Shown: positions 27,751 to 42,195, counted from the stretch's first letter. The stretch: 64,000 bases of DNA from Paraspadella gotoi (GCA_051294375.1 CM119265.1:29226540-29290539), one strand, 5' to 3'. A program made the numbers and translations. The notes: generated by a model not told the origin, from the letters alone.

Positions 27751-29374
27751 CAACAGGGCCGCCCCCAATTCTGATGACGAATTCTAGAAATAAACGTTTG
27801 AGAACCGAAATTATCTTTTATTCATGACTTTGTGGATCCGACGGTTTGAGAGGCTGGAAGAGGAGATGTGTGAGTCGGGGAAGTGTGGAAGGGAAGTGTG
27901 GGTGAGGGGAAGTGTGGAAGTGGAGTGTGGAAGGGAAGTATGGGTTAAAGAACTATAGAGGGCAGTGTTAAGAGGGTTAATTGAAGGAGGGAGAAAAAAG
28001 AAGGAAGAAGGGGAGAAAAGATAAGAAGGAAGAAGAAGGGGAGGAAGGGAGAAGAAAAGCAGGAAGGGGAGAAAGAGGAAGAAGCAAAAGAAGATGAAGA
28101 AGGGGAGGAAGGGAGAATAAGGGGAAGAAGGGAAAAGAATAGGAGGAGGAAGCGAAAGAGGAGGAAGAGAAGAAATAAAATAAGAGGAGGAGGAGGAGGA
28201 GGAAGTTTTTATCTTCACGAATTGAAATTCTTCAACGGTCCGCAGTATTAGTGATTCCGTATTTTCGATGCTGTATTTGCGAAGAGTATTTTTNNNNNNN
28301 NNNTATTTTAGATGCTGTATTTGCGAAGAGTATTTTTAATGCTGTATTTGCGATACAATTTTTTTCAAAACGAGTCTTTAGTAAAGGCTTCAAGTTTATC
28401 TCGACCGTTTCAAGCTACAACAACAACGACGACGACGATAACGACGACGACGATAACGACGACGATAACGACGACTACGACGACGCCCGGTTTGTTGACG
28501 ATTTTCAAAACGAAAAAATCCGGGAAAAGTATAAACAACAACAAGATAAAGAAAGACGACGACAACAACAACTACAACAACAAGATAGAGGAAGACGACA
28601 ACAACAACAACAACAACAACAAAAACAACGACTTCATCCTCATTTTTGTTGACAAAATAAAAATAAATAAATAAATAAATAAGTATAATTGAAATATTTA
28701 ACTGTTTTTTTTTCATTTCTAGATGGTTTCACTTAGGGATGAAAATAATACTACCAATATACTAATTAACAATTTACTTAATAATACTACCAATTTACTT
28801 AATATTACCACCAATATACTAATTAAAATACTAATTAAAATACTAATATACTAATTTACCTAATAATTGACTTTGGACTGGATTCGGCGGTTTAAGGCCT
28901 TACTTCCAGTTTTGTCTCTCCTGCGCCGCCTTTTGTTCTTCAACGTGCGCGAATGTTAATGTACAAAGATATTTCCCTTCTTTAACATAATTCGCGAAAT
29001 TAATTTAAAACATCCTCGTTATTTAAACTCACGCATCGCTAATAGTTTTCTTTCCGTTGCCATTCGTTCAATTTCATCTTTCGCCCAGAATTTTTGGTGA
29101 AAAAAAAATAATAAGAAAGAAAAAATAAATAAAAATAAAAATTCTTCGTTGGAAGAAAAAAAAAAGGAAATAAATTTTGGGATCGAAAGATCATAGAGTC
29201 TGAAGGATTTATGAATATTGAAATATCGTAAAGTGTATTTGGTGAGAAGAGAGAGAGGGAGAGTGGGAGGGAGAGAGAGAGGAAGAGGAGGGTGGGAGAG
29301 GAAGGAAGAAGAGAGAGATCGAGAGAGAAAGCTTTAGAAAATATAGAAAAGAAAATAAAATAAAATAAATTTGG

Positions 29375-29481
29375 AAAAGAAAAGAAAAGAAAAGAAAAGA
29401 AAAGAAAAGAAAAGAAAAGAAAAGAAAAGAAAAGAAAAGAAAAGAAAAGAAAAGAAAAGAAAAGAGAAAAGAAAAGAAAAG
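29375..29481 (+). repeat. (AAAAG)n pentanucleotide microsatellite
   Basis: Near-perfect array; related TTTTC arrays flank the gap at 7451-7716. Confidence 0.95.
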
Positions 29482-30714
29482 AGCGCCACAGCTGCCTCAG
29501 ATGTGGGAAAGCGGAAAAAGAAAAAAAAAGAAAAAAAAACGCAGATCGCGTTTCCCTTTTTTTTCCCTTCGCTTCGACGCCAATTGGATTTACGCCACAT
29601 CGAGCGACATCTCGCGCCAAACGTCGCAAACAAACAAACAGAAGGCGAATGACGTCGGCGAGACCAGACGACGACTGACGCTGGCGGATGGCGATGATGG
29701 TAAAGATGGCAAAGATGGCATTGGTGGTGGATATGGCGAAGAGGCACGATTTTTAATATTTAATCCAGTCTTAACTAATCTCTGCTCCCTAACACTAGCA
29801 TTTAACCCTAAGCTTATCGATATGTCATTAATCCAAAAAGAGTGAGATGATAGAGTCAGATGATAGAATTAAATGAAAGAAAGATGATAAAGTGAAATAA
29901 TAGAGTGAGATGATACAATGAGATGATAAGGTGAACTCATAGAGTTAGATGATACAATGAAATGAGAGATAATAGAGGAAGATGATAGAGTTGGATGACA
30001 GAATAATATAAGAGATGATAGAGTGAGATGATAGAGTGAGTTTGTGAGACATTTTACTATCAGCGACGTCAATAACCAAATGAAAAAAGGTTTTTCGTTG
30101 GCAGAAAAAAAAAACACTAATGATTTTGCGATGGAAAAAGAAATTCCTTAATGGATAAAAAAGGCGAAAGAAAAATTTATAGAGAGAAAGAATGAAAATA
30201 AGGTTTTGTTTTATTATTTGAAATGATTTAATGATTGAAAATAAANNNNNNNNNNNNNNNNNNNNNNNNNNNNNNNNNNNNNNNNNNNNNNNNNNNNNNN
30301 NNNNNNNNNNNNNNNNNNNNNNNNNNNNNNNNNNNNNNNNNNNNNNNNNNNNNNNNNNNNNNNNNNNNNNNNNNNNNNNNNNNNNNNNNNNNNNNNNNNN
30401 NNNNNNNNNNNNNNNNNNNNNNNNNNNNNNNNNNNNNNNNNNNNNNNNNNNNNNNNNNNNNNNNNNNNNNNNNNNNNNNNNNNNNNNNNNNNNNNNNNNN
30501 NNNNNNNNNNNNNNNNNNNNNNNNNNNNNNNNNNNNNNNNNNNNNNNNNNNNNNNNNNNNNNNNNNNNNNNNNNNNNNNNNNGAAAAGAAAAGAAAAGAA
30601 AAGACTTAGAGAGATGTAAAGTTGAAGGCCTCGCTTGATTGTTTTTCCTCTTCCGTTCACAGAAACGTGAGTCAGTGAGTCACTCTGAAAGTGAACCGAT
30701 CTCCGTGAAGGACA

Positions 30715-30748
<34 letters not shown>

Positions 30749-32324
30749 TATAGACGACGATGATTAAGAAGAAACGATGACGACGTCAACGACGACGACA
30801 ACAACGACGTCAAAGATGTAGACAACGACGAAGACAAATAAGAAGACGACAACGNNNNNNNNNNNNNNNNNNNNNNNNNNNNNNNNNNNNNNNNNNNNNN
30901 NNNNNNNNNNNNNNNNNNNNNNNNNNNNNNNNNNNNNNNNNNNNNNNAAGACGACGACGACGACTGGGTGCCAATGATTTGACGCCCTCTTTGGCCGATG
31001 GTGAAAGCCGCCTTCAAGGCCGCCGCTAGGGGCGTTCGTAATCATCTTCACGGTGATAATTTCGCCCTCGTGATCAACAGTGAAGTCAATCTTGTAGCAG
31101 TTGGTCGATCAAATATTAAATCTACGGCACTATTTTCCCAGGGCAACAATATTAGTTTAATACTGTGAATAATTAATAAATAACGGAAAAAATCAACATC
31201 AACGAAGGCTAAAAAAAGGACGACGACGACGACGACGACAACAACGACGACGACGACAACGACGACAACAACAACAACGACAACGACTTTGCGTCTTTTT
31301 CGATGAGCGTAAATAAAATTCATGGATCCGAAAAATTTGAGTCATTTTAAATTTGAAGCCATAGAAACAACGACGACGCCACTTTTCACTTTTTCTCACT
31401 TTTATCACATCATTTCACAGAGAGAGAGAGAGAGNNNNNNNNNNNNNNNNNNNNNNNNNNNNNNNNNNNNNNNNNNNNNNNNNNNNNNNNNNNNNNNNNN
31501 NNNNNNNNNNNNNNNNNNNNNNNNNNNNNNNNNNNNNNNNNNNNNNNNNNNNNNNNNNNNNNNNNNNNNNNNNNNNNNNNNNNNNNNNNNNNNNNNNNAG
31601 AGAGAGAGAGAGAGAGAGAGGCTCCTCAACGGACGAAGCCGACAGGAAATCATTTTCGTCGTTATGAAGCAACGAGTCTGACCTCACCGTCGTCGTCGTT
31701 GTAGACGTCGTCGTCGTTGTAGACGTCGTCGTCGTCGTCGTTGTANNNNNNNNNNNNNNNNNNNNNNNNNNNNNNNNNNNNNNNNNNNNNNNNNNNNNNN
31801 NNNNNNNNNNNNNNNNNNNNNNNNNNNNNNNNNNNNNNNNNNNNNNNNNNNNNNNNNNNNNNNNCTCAATCTCTACTCTTCTCGTCATCTCATCTCTCCT
31901 CCTCTCTCTCTCTACTCTGCTTTCTCTCTTCTCTCTTCTCCACAAAGAATCTCAGCAAGGCTTCGAAATTTCTCCTGCTTGGCTGATAGAAGGGTGAGGG
32001 AAATGCGTAAGTCCGGGCCTGACTCTGACCTTGAATCTCTCTCTCTTCTCATCTCTCTCTCTTCTTCTCTTACATCTCTCATCATCCTCGTCTGCTCTAT
32101 CTCTCTCTCTGCCTCTCTGCTCTCTCTGCTCTGACCTCTTGCTCCTCTCACTCTCTTTTTTTTTTCTTAGCAGAATGCGAAAATTTTCGTTTTTCTTACT
32201 AAAAGAGAAAGAAGCTTTTTCACTCGAGTCGTTTGTAAGCTGCTTGTAAAGCCGCTTATCCGGGCGCGCAACAAGAGGAAAGAATGAGGAGAGAAGAGAG
32301 AGGAAAGAGAGAGAGAGAAGAGAG

Positions 32325-32367
<43 letters not shown>

Positions 32368-33121
32368 GACGGAGAGAGAGAGAGAGAGAGAGAGAGAAAG
32401 AAATTTGAGCCGCATCTGCGCTAAATTCGAAGATCCTATTTTCCCTTTAGTTATAAGATGGAAAATAAGGGTAAATGAAAAGAAAGGAAACGAAAAGAAA
32501 GGAAAGGAAGGAAGGAGAAAGGAAAAAAGGAAAGAGAAAAGAAAGGAAGGAAGGAGAAAGAAAAAAAGGAAAGAGAAAAGAAAGGAAGGAAGGAGAATGA
32601 AAAGGAAGGAAAGTGAAAAAACGAAGGACAGAAATAAAGGAAGGAGAATAAGGTGCAAAATCATAAAAAAAATCATATCATAAAATAAACCCAAAATATA
32701 ATTAAACAATTTTTTTTCGCAATAATTGAAATAAATTGCTCAGTACTGAATTATTCCAACGCAAGTAAAACTAATGTGAATTTTTATTGCCTACATAGTA
32801 ATAGACCTATATGAATTAAAAAGAAACGAAATAAAGTAAAAATGAATTAAAATTAACCGAAATTATATAAAATCAATTAAAATGAAACTAAATAAACCGA
32901 AAGGAATTTAAATAAACCAAAATGAAGTGAAATGAATTAAAATGAAGCGAAATGAATTTAATTGAAGTGAAATAAAATGAAATGAATTAAAATGAACTCA
33001 AATGAATTAAAATGAATTAAAGTGAACCAGAATGACCGTTTTCTCTTCATTCGCTTCTCCATTCGCGAGCAACGACCGTCGAGGTGACGATAATGGCCTC
33101 GTGAAGATGCCAGCGTTTTGT

Positions 33122-33184
<63 letters not shown>
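33122..33184 (+). repeat. Perfect (GTC)21 microsatellite, representative of many ACG-class tracts
   Basis: 63 bp of uninterrupted gtc. Confidence 0.95.
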
Positions 33185-35202
33185 CTGTCTTTTGTCCCAT
33201 TATCATGAAAGAAAAAAAATGCTTTTGACTTTATAGGAGTACTACGGATCTGCCCCTTTTCTATTCATGATTATCAGTATCGTTATCTCTACTTTATTTC
33301 TGCCTTAGCCTTAGCTTTAGCCTTAACCTTAGCCCTTATCCCTACTTTATGTCTACCTTAGCCTTAGTCTTAGCATTAGCCTTAGCCCTAACCATTATCC
33401 GTACTCTATTTTAGCCTTTGCCATTATTGTTACAATATCTGAGTATAAGAATTAGTTTTCTGTGACAATTATGCTGTATCTGTCTTTTTGTTTTCAGAAA
33501 AATTTTTTAACAAAACCTTCCTATTAATATTAACTTGCTATTNNNNNNNNNNNNNNNNNNNNNNNNNNNNNNNNNNNNNNNNNNNNNNNNNNNNNNNNNN
33601 NNNNNNNNNNNNNNNNNNNNNNNNNNNNNNNNNNNNNNNNNNNNNNNNNNNNNNNNNNNNNNNNNNNNNNNNNNNNNNNNNNNNNNNNNNNNNNNNNNNN
33701 NNNNNNNNNNNNNNNNNNNNNNNNNNNNNNNNNNNNNNNNNNNNNNNNNNNNNNNNNNNNNNNNNNNNNNNNNNNNNNNNNNNNNNNNNNNNNNNNNNNN
33801 NNNNNNNNNNNNNNNNNNNNNNNNNNNNNNNNNNNNNNNNNNNNNNNNNNNNNNNNNNNNNNNNNNNNNNNNNNNNNNNNNNNNNNNNNNNNNNNNNNNN
33901 NNNNNNNNNNNNNNNNNNNNNNNNNNNNNNNNNNNNNNNNNNNNNNNNNNNNNNNNNNNNNNNNNNNNNNNNNNNNNNNNNNNNNNNNNNNNNNNNNNNN
34001 NNNNNNNNNNNNNNNNNNNNNNNNNNNNNNNNNNNNNNNNNNNNNNNNNNNNNNNNNNNNNNNNNNNNNNNNNNNNNNNNNNNNNNNNNNNNNNNNNNNN
34101 NNNNNNNNNNNNNNNNNNNNNNNNNNNNNNNNNNNNNNNNNNNNNNNNNNNNNNNNNNNNNNNNNNNNNNNNNNNNNNNNNNNNNNNNNNNNNNNNNNNN
34201 NNNNNNNNNNNNNNNNNNNNNNNNNNNNNNNNNNNNNNNNNNNNNNNNNNNNNNNNNNNNNNNNNNNNNNNNNNNNNNNNNNNNNNNNNNNNNNNNNNNN
34301 NNNNNNNNNNNNNNNNNNNNNNNNNNNNNNNNNNNNNNNNNNNNNNNNNNNNNNNNNNNNNNNNNNNNNNNNNNNNNNNNNNNNNNNNNNNNNNNNNNNN
34401 NNNNNNNNNNNNNNNNNNNNNNNNNNNNNNNNNNNNNNNNNNNNNAATATGTAATGATTTACCTTTCTATTTAATATTACCTTCCTATTAAGATATTACG
34501 CGTTCCGTATTATTATATCCTTCCTATTAATATTACCTATCTATTAATAGTGGTACGTTGCCTAGTTAATGATTAGCCCGTGTGTCGGTATTATTAGTAA
34601 CCTTCTTTGCTTAGCAAAATGATTTTTAAAATAACATTCATTTTGCCTTCTCAATCAGACCAGTTGATGCATCTGTTCCACATATTTCTGTCGAGTTACT
34701 AAAAATTCCCCCATAGCAAGGCGCGTCATGCTGCTCTGTTTTCCTAGCTTTAACTTAGACAACAACTATCTTAACTGGTCTATAAGAAATACAGTTAGGG
34801 CTATACATAATTCGCGTCCCTTAGTGTGCACAAAGACTTGATGCCTCATTAGCACATCAAATTCTCCAGTCCCTGATTAGTCTAATTTTACAATTTGATA
34901 GCTACCTCTAGTTTTCTGATTGCGTTTCTTTACTTACATATCAAAAAGGGACATCTTTTTGAGTATGTCGTAGGGGCGTTCCAATAAGCGACCATAAGCA
35001 CGGTAAAAACACCTGTTTGATTATTCTTGTGCACTTCTTCTATTAATAATCAGTAATAATTTTCTATTCGCGGTTTGTACGTTTAAGCGTGACCAGTTTC
35101 TAGCCAAAGTTGTGTATAGTGCCAACTGGCGCCTCGACTGTCGCAAGTAAAGGTGACTGCAAATAAAGAGTTCGTGCTGTAGAAATGCGGTCTTCTCGGT
35201 TT

Positions 35203-36089
35203 TAAAAGAGGGGGAAGTGGAAAAAAATTGGAAGTGTCGGAAAGGAGGAAGAGGGAGAGAGAAACAAGGGAGGAAGAAAAGGAAGATGGAAAGAGGAATG
35301 GAATGGATTAGGGAAACTGGAATAAGTAAAATAGAGAGCGAGGAAAGGGAAAATGAATAAAAAGAGATAATGTGGAAAAAAGATGGAAGGAACTGATGAA
35401 TGGGTCAATGAAAGAATAAAAGTGAGAGAGAAATCTCATAAAAGGAAAAGAAAATCCAATTTTGAAGGAATTCAATGAGATAAGAAAGAAAAACTCGGCG
35501 AAACTTAAGAATAACTTTTTTTTAAATTAAAGAAAAAAGAAATAAAATTTAAGAAAAAAGTTACATTGTGGTTTTGTTTTGACTCGAATTTTTTTATTAA
35601 TTTGTTTTATCTTTTTTTTCAGTGATAAATGGAAAAATTTGGCCCGAATGAAAAATAAAGACTAATTGATTATAAACAAAAGAATGAAAAATTATTTCTT
35701 GGCAAAAACAAAAACTTAAACAATTTTTTTTTAAAATCACTAGAAGCTAAAAGAGAAAAAAAAACATTGTACTCTGAAAAAAAAAATAAAGCCTAAACAT
35801 AAAAAAACAACAACAATAAAAACAACAACAAAAACAACAACAACAGCAGCACATTTTATAAACGCCTAACCAAGCTTAATATACTAAGGATTAAACCAAA
35901 TTAAAGAAGTTGACATCTACACTCAACAAATCTTTACAAAAACAAAAAATTCAAAAGTGAACATCAACACAAAACAAATAAAATTGCACTCAACATCTTT
36001 TAACTATTTTTTTCATCTTTAAGCGACTTTCTTTTTTCTTTCTTTTTTGTGGTGTTTGTCTCCATTACTCCAGACCAAAACTGAGATAA

Positions 36090-36123
<34 letters not shown>

Positions 36124-37251
36124 NNNNNNNNNNNNNNNNNNNNNNNNNGAGGAGGAGAGGGAGGCAAAGAAACAAAACAAGAAAATATATGAAAGAGAGA
36201 AAAAGGAAAGTCCAGGACTCTAAAAATAGAAAAAAGGAATGGAAGACGCCCAAAACATCAGACTATGTGGGCAGGGAACCGAGAGAGAGAGAGAGAGAGA
36301 CGGAGATGAGAGGAGAGATGAGAAGAGAGAGAGAGGGAGAGAGAGAGGGAGAGAGAGAGATATATTCTCAGTATATTGTAGTCTGGAATAATGGAGACAA
36401 CACCACAAAAAAGAAAGAAAAAAAAAGTCGCCTTAAAGATGAAAAAAATAGTTGCAATTTTATTTGTTTTGTGTTGATGTTCACTTTGAAATTTTTTTTG
36501 TTTTTGTTAAAAGATTTGTTGAGTGTAGATGTCAACTTCTTTAATTTTGGTTAATCCTAGTAATTAAGTTGGTTAGGGCGTTTATAAAAATGTGGCTGCT
36601 GTTGTTTGTGTTTTTGTTGTTGTTTTTATTGTTTGTTGTTTTTTATGTTTAGGCTTTATTCTTTTTTTCAGAGGTACAAGTGTTTTTTTTTCTCTTTTTA
36701 GCTTCTAGTGATTTAAAAAAAAAATTGTTTTAAGTTTTGTTTTTGCCAAGAAAAATTTTTCATTCTTTTGTTTATAATCAATTAGTCTTTATTTTTCATT
36801 CGGGCAATTTTGCCATTTATCACATGAAAAAAAAAGGATAAAACACAATTAATAAAAAAATTCGAGTCAAAACAAAACCACAATGGTAACTTTTTTTCTA
36901 AATTTTATCTTCTTTTTCTTTTATAAATTTAAAAAAAAAAACGTTATTCTTAAGTTTCGCCGAGTTTTTTCTTTCTTATCTCATTGAATTCTTTAAAATT
37001 GATTTTCTTTTCCTTTTATGAGATTTTCTCTCACTTTTATTCTTTCATTGACCCCATTCATCAGTTCCTTTTCCATCTTTTTTCCACATTACTCTTTTTA
37101 TTCATTTTCCTTTCCTCGCTCTCTATTTTACTTATTCAGTTTCCCTAATCCATTCCATTCTCTTTCCATCTTCCTTTTCTTCCTCCCTGTTTCTCTCTCC
37201 CATCTTCCTCCTTTCCGACACTTCAATTTTTTTCCAACTTCCCCCTCTTTT
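35203..37251. repeat. ~0.9-kb inverted duplication (35203-36123 vs ~36330-37251) around a 25-N gap
   Basis: aaaagagggggaagtgg...gaagtgtcggaaagg pairs with cctttccgacacttc...ttccccctctttt; tccattactccagac pairs with gtctggaataatgga. Confidence 0.9.
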
Positions 37252-37823
37252 CAACTCCGTCCCTGTTTTCTTACTTTCTACCCCCTATTTTCCACTTCCT
37301 ATTTCTTCCACCTCCCTCTTCTTTCCACTTCCCCCCTTCTTTTACTTCCCCCTTTTTTCCGCTTTCTTCATTTCTTTATAACTTCCGCTTTTCTACTTTC
37401 CCCCATTTTAAACTTTTCCCCAATTTTTCCATCTCCAATTCTTTTCCACTTACCCCACTTGTCAAATTCCCCTTTTTCCAATTCCTTCCCTCTTTTCCCT
37501 TCTCACTTTTCCCATTCCCCCCTCTTTTCCACTTTCCCCCACTTTTCCAACTTCCCCCCTCTTTTCTCATTTTCAATTTATTTTCCACTTCCCCTTCAAC
37601 CTTTCAGTTTCCAGTTTCATCGGTGGAGGAGGAAAAAATCCCCGGAAACCGAATCTCTTTGAATAGAAAATCAGCGTTTCGCTCTCGGGTCGGGGCTGAG
37701 GTGCGGGCCTAGGTAGGGCGAGGGGGCTAACGAATGGATTTCGGGTCTCGGCCACGCCCATTTCCTCTTTCTCTTCCACCTCTTATTTCATTTCTTCTTC
37801 TTCTTCTTCCTCTTCCCCGCTTC

Positions 37824-37861
<38 letters not shown>

Positions 37862-38710
37862 CTTACGCTCTCAGCCTTATCTCACTATTTTTTTTGCTAA
37901 TAACTTCTTTGTTGTGTAATGTTATCCGCCCTAGGGGTCCGTTAAAAATAATAATACATACAAACATTTACATATGTATATATAGTAGAATCTAATAGGT
38001 TTATAACTATTCATTTTCATTTTATATATATTTTTTATATAAATGTTTACTGTTTAGCCTTCAGTCAATTCTTACTATGTTTTTCATTTCAACATCCATG
38101 CGATTTCTATTCCAATTTAGTTGCACCGTGGAGCAAATCAATAAGTCACTTTTTGTTTTGTAAGTTAGTCTGTCTGTCTGTATGTCTGTCTGTCTATCTA
38201 TCGGTCCAGCCAATTCACATTATAAATGTTTACAACTCAGATAATACTATATCAATTTGCATGTATAGCACTCTTGTAAAGTCACTTAAAAAGCTATGAC
38301 ATGACCGTTAATTAAATTAATTAAATTAATTAAATTCCATGAAAAATGAAAACTCTACGTCCCCTTAATTGCGTCACTTGTTCACATAGACACGTTAAAA
38401 CCCGAAATATGAAAAAAAAGTCTCTACAGTGCGACACTTTTAAATTCCTCTTTTTCTTTTCTCTCGTTTCTATTTTTTTCTCACTCCTACAGTCGTCCCC
38501 TTTTGTTCCCGCTGAGAGATTCAACTCGTAAAATCGTTTTATTTTACGATTTCATTTTTTATTCATTTAATGTTTGTTTTTCTTTTCTTAAAAAAAATTA
38601 AAAACTATTAAGAATTATTTGTTTATTCTTTATTCACAAAAAGAAACTTTTTTTCTCGATGAATAATATATTTGTGAAAAATTCCATAATTATTCTCCCT
38701 CACCTTTGCT

Positions 38711-38745
<35 letters not shown>

Positions 38746-39319
38746 CTTCTTCCTCTCTCTCTTCCTCTCCTCTCTCTCTCTCTCTCTCCTCTATCTCCTC
38801 TTCTCTCTCTCTTTCCTCTATCCCTTCTATTTCACTATTCTCAACCGCCTTTTACATGTTAATCATCGTCGTAAGCCATTTTTGATGTCGTCGTCGTCGT
38901 CGTCGTCGTCATCGACTCCCGTCGTCATCGTCCGTCCGTCAGTCGTCGTCATCGTCGTCGTCGTCGTCGTCCAAAATCGTCGCGTCAAATTCGCGTCATT
39001 TTTGGTTTCGCGATTCATTTTTTTCCTTCGTTTTTTTTTAAATAATTTTTTCGGTTTAGTTTTCTCGTTTATATTTGATGTTAACCTAAGTTTTCATAAT
39101 TTAATATTTATTAAATTTGTTTTTGTCACAAGCAAAATGTTTTTAACCTTATACTAACTTTTTTAATAGAATAAAAAAAACAAAATGAAAACAAAAACAG
39201 TCTCAATTAAATTAATTAATTAAATTTTCTGCGATTTTTTGTTCAATATTTTTTTCATCAAGTAAATTCTACTCTTTTGTGTTAATAATTATTTGTGCGC
39301 CTTTCTTCTTTTTTTTTCC

Positions 39320-39547
39320 TTTTTCGCCTTTCTTTTCTCATCTTTTTTCGCCTTTCTTTTCTTATTTTTATTCGCCTTTCTTTTCTTATCTTTTTTCGCT
39401 TTTCTTTTTTTATCTTTTTTCGCCTTTCTTTTCTCATCTTTTTTCGCCTTTCTTTTCTTATCTTTTTTCGCCTTTCTTTTCTTATCTTTTTTCGCCTTTC
39501 TTTTCTTATTATTTTTCGCCTTTCTTTTATTATCTTTTTCGCCTTCT
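39320..39547 (+). repeat. 24-bp minisatellite, ~9 copies
   Basis: Unit ttttttcgcctttcttttcttatc. Confidence 0.9.
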
Positions 39548-39675
39548 CTACGCGTCTTTCTTTTATCAAGTTGCGCCTTTTTTAAGATGTCAAGTTTCAG
39601 TGCGTAAAAAGTCTTTCTTCCGGTTGACGATTTTGAATTCGTTTCTCTTCACTTTGGTGGGCAACGTCTTTTTTA

Positions 39676-39714
<39 letters not shown>

Positions 39715-40022
39715 TCATTATCATTGTCATCGTCGTCGTCATCATCGTCGTCATCGTCGTCATCATAGCAGTCATCGTCGTCATCATCGTCATCATCGTC
39801 GTAGTCATCGTCGTCGTCATCTTCGTCATCGTCGTCGCCAACGTTACGAAAAATAATCAGAAAAAAATTAAAAAGGAAAAAAATATCAGTTTATTCTTCT
39901 TTTTTTATCTTTTTTATCAAAATTCATGTAAATTTAGTTGACTGACAATTGATATTCGTCTTTCATCAGAAAACGACGATTACGACGACGATAACGACGA
40001 CGAAGATTAGGATGATGATGAT

Positions 40023-40113
<91 letters not shown>

Positions 40114-40267
40114 CTGGGAGAGGTTTGGTCAAGAAAGTTGAAATGTATTATTGGGTAGAAAGAAATAAGTAATATGAATATAATTAATTTTAATGTATTT
40201 TTATGTAAATTAAACAAGGGAACATGAGTTTTAAAGTTTAATCACTGTTGTTATCTTGTAAGAAAGA

Positions 40268-40428
40268 CTGAGGCCTTAATCTATCAACTCAGGCCTTAAT
40301 CTATCAACTGAGGTCTTAATCTATCAACTGAGGCCTTAATCTATCAACTGAGACCTTAATCTATCAACTGAGGCCTTAATCTATCAACTGAGACCTTAAT
40401 CTATCAACTGAGGCCTTAATCTATCAAC
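40268..40428 (+). repeat. 20-bp tandem repeat x 8 inside a family-B copy
   Basis: Unit aggccttaatctatcaactg starting at 40271, 40291 ... 40411. Confidence 0.95.
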
Positions 40429-40733
40429 GCCTGTCAGAAGTCAAGGAAAGATGATAGCTTATTTAATGAATAAAAGGATAATTTTAAAACTTATTAGTTT
40501 TATGTTTTAATTTTATGAATTAACCTCTTGATATTTTTTTTCATATCTACTTTGAATACTCCTTCTATTTCAAATTGAATATCATTACTATTTTGTGTTC
40601 AGGGTAAAAAAAATCATTGTACAAAGAAATTAGTAAATCCACTTTGTTTGTTTAAATTTTGTGCAAAGAAAAATAGAAATCGTGGGAAAGTGGAAATGGT
40701 TTCTGGAATGGAAGGAAGAGGGGGTGGAAATAA

Positions 40734-40767
<34 letters not shown>

Positions 40768-40794
40768 GAGACAAGAGGAGAGAGAGAGAGAGAG

Positions 40795-40842
<48 letters not shown>

Positions 40843-41341
40843 TAAATAAAACGGTTTTTCTTTTTTTTCTATTATCAAAACATAAAATTACAATTGATAT
40901 TCAATCTAAGTTTGCTGAGAATTAAGTTCGATTGAAAATCAACAGGGTTCTGTCATGTTATTATGTTATTAACTTGTAAGAAAGATGGAAGACAAAACCA
41001 ACCATAATTTGACCTAAGTCAGAATTAAATTAAATGGAATTAATGAAAATATAAAAATATTTTGATTAGAGAACGAAAAATATTGAAAGAGTAGCTGATT
41101 GGTCACAAAAGAAAACTTCAATGGGTTTTTTTGAAAGAAAATATGGAAATTTTATGAATGAAGAGATAACTTACAAATTCGTTAATAAGTTAAATAAGTA
41201 AAATTAGGAATTGTCATGAGAGATGAAAAAATCTAAATACTTCAAAATCTATGGTGCAACTTCCAAAGTTATGGCGAGGGCAATTGTGTGCAAGCATTTC
41301 GTGTCTCTGAAAATTGTTGAGACAAAACGAATTAAGACGAA

Positions 41342-41433
<92 letters not shown>

Positions 41434-41594
41434 AGGAAGAAAAATGGGAAAACCTTCGGAAAAAGAGGAAAGGAATAAAAAGAATGGGAAAATAAAGAGA
41501 AGAGGATAAAGAGGAAACAGGGAAAGAACAGATACGAAAAAAAAAGATTAAAAAAGAATAAAAAAAGATTAAAAAAAGACATAAAAAGTAGAAA

Positions 41595-42195
41595 ATAAAC
41601 AAGTTAGAGCGAACAATGCCGGATCAGCCGACGATCATTCAATAGCTAATTAATTAATTAATTAAAAAATAAAAAACATAAAATAGTAGTTTCTATTTTA
41701 ACTTATTTCCACCCAGACGATTTCATAATTAATTGATTAGTTAATTAATGCAGCTTGTATTTACATTAAAATAAAAAAAAACAAGTTTGAGCAAACGATG
41801 ACGGAACTGCCCACGATCATTATCGGTTATTAATTAATTAATAATTAAATTATTCAAGTTAATTAATTAATTAATTAGGCAATTAATGAATTAATTTGAT
41901 CTCAAAAGTTTGTTTTTAGGTCTTTTTGACAAAAGCAATGACGACGATGAGAATAATGCCGATAACGATTGACTTGATCGATTGACTTATTAATTAATTA
42001 TTGATTAATTAATATAAAAGGAAAAAGACTAAGTGATTATGCTCCTTTTTCTTTTTATATTCATTGTAATTGCAAGATGTTTTAATTAATCAAATATTTA
42101 ATCAGTTAATTAATTAATTATAATTGACTTATTTAATCAATTAATTAACTTGAATTATTTAATTATTTGCATTGTTTGCTCAAACTTGTTTTTAA
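41595..42195. mobile_element. Cluster of three HINE-like 3' ends (41599-41640 minus, 41775-41830 minus, 42169-42193 plus) with TTAA-rich internal sequence
   Basis: acaagttagagcgaacaatgccggatcagc, acaagtttgagcaaacgatgacggaactgcccacgatcat and gcattgtttgctcaaacttgttt all match 10456-10497. Confidence 0.55.

Noticed and set aside
30960-31170. GC-richer island with short open frames (similar islands at 3674-3790, 4229-4346, 29560-29750, 37620-37765)
   Set aside because: No consistent splice sites or recognisable protein motif; could be regulatory or UTR sequence but cannot be supported.
35100-35220. LTR-like end (AATAAA) and polypurine-tract-like aaaagagggggaagTG
   Set aside because: The purine run is the edge of the inverted duplication; no paired LTR, primer-binding site or pol sequence.
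40268-40428. Regular 20-bp array as CRISPR or iterons
   Set aside because: Head-to-tail tandem copies with no spacers, inside a dispersed repeat.
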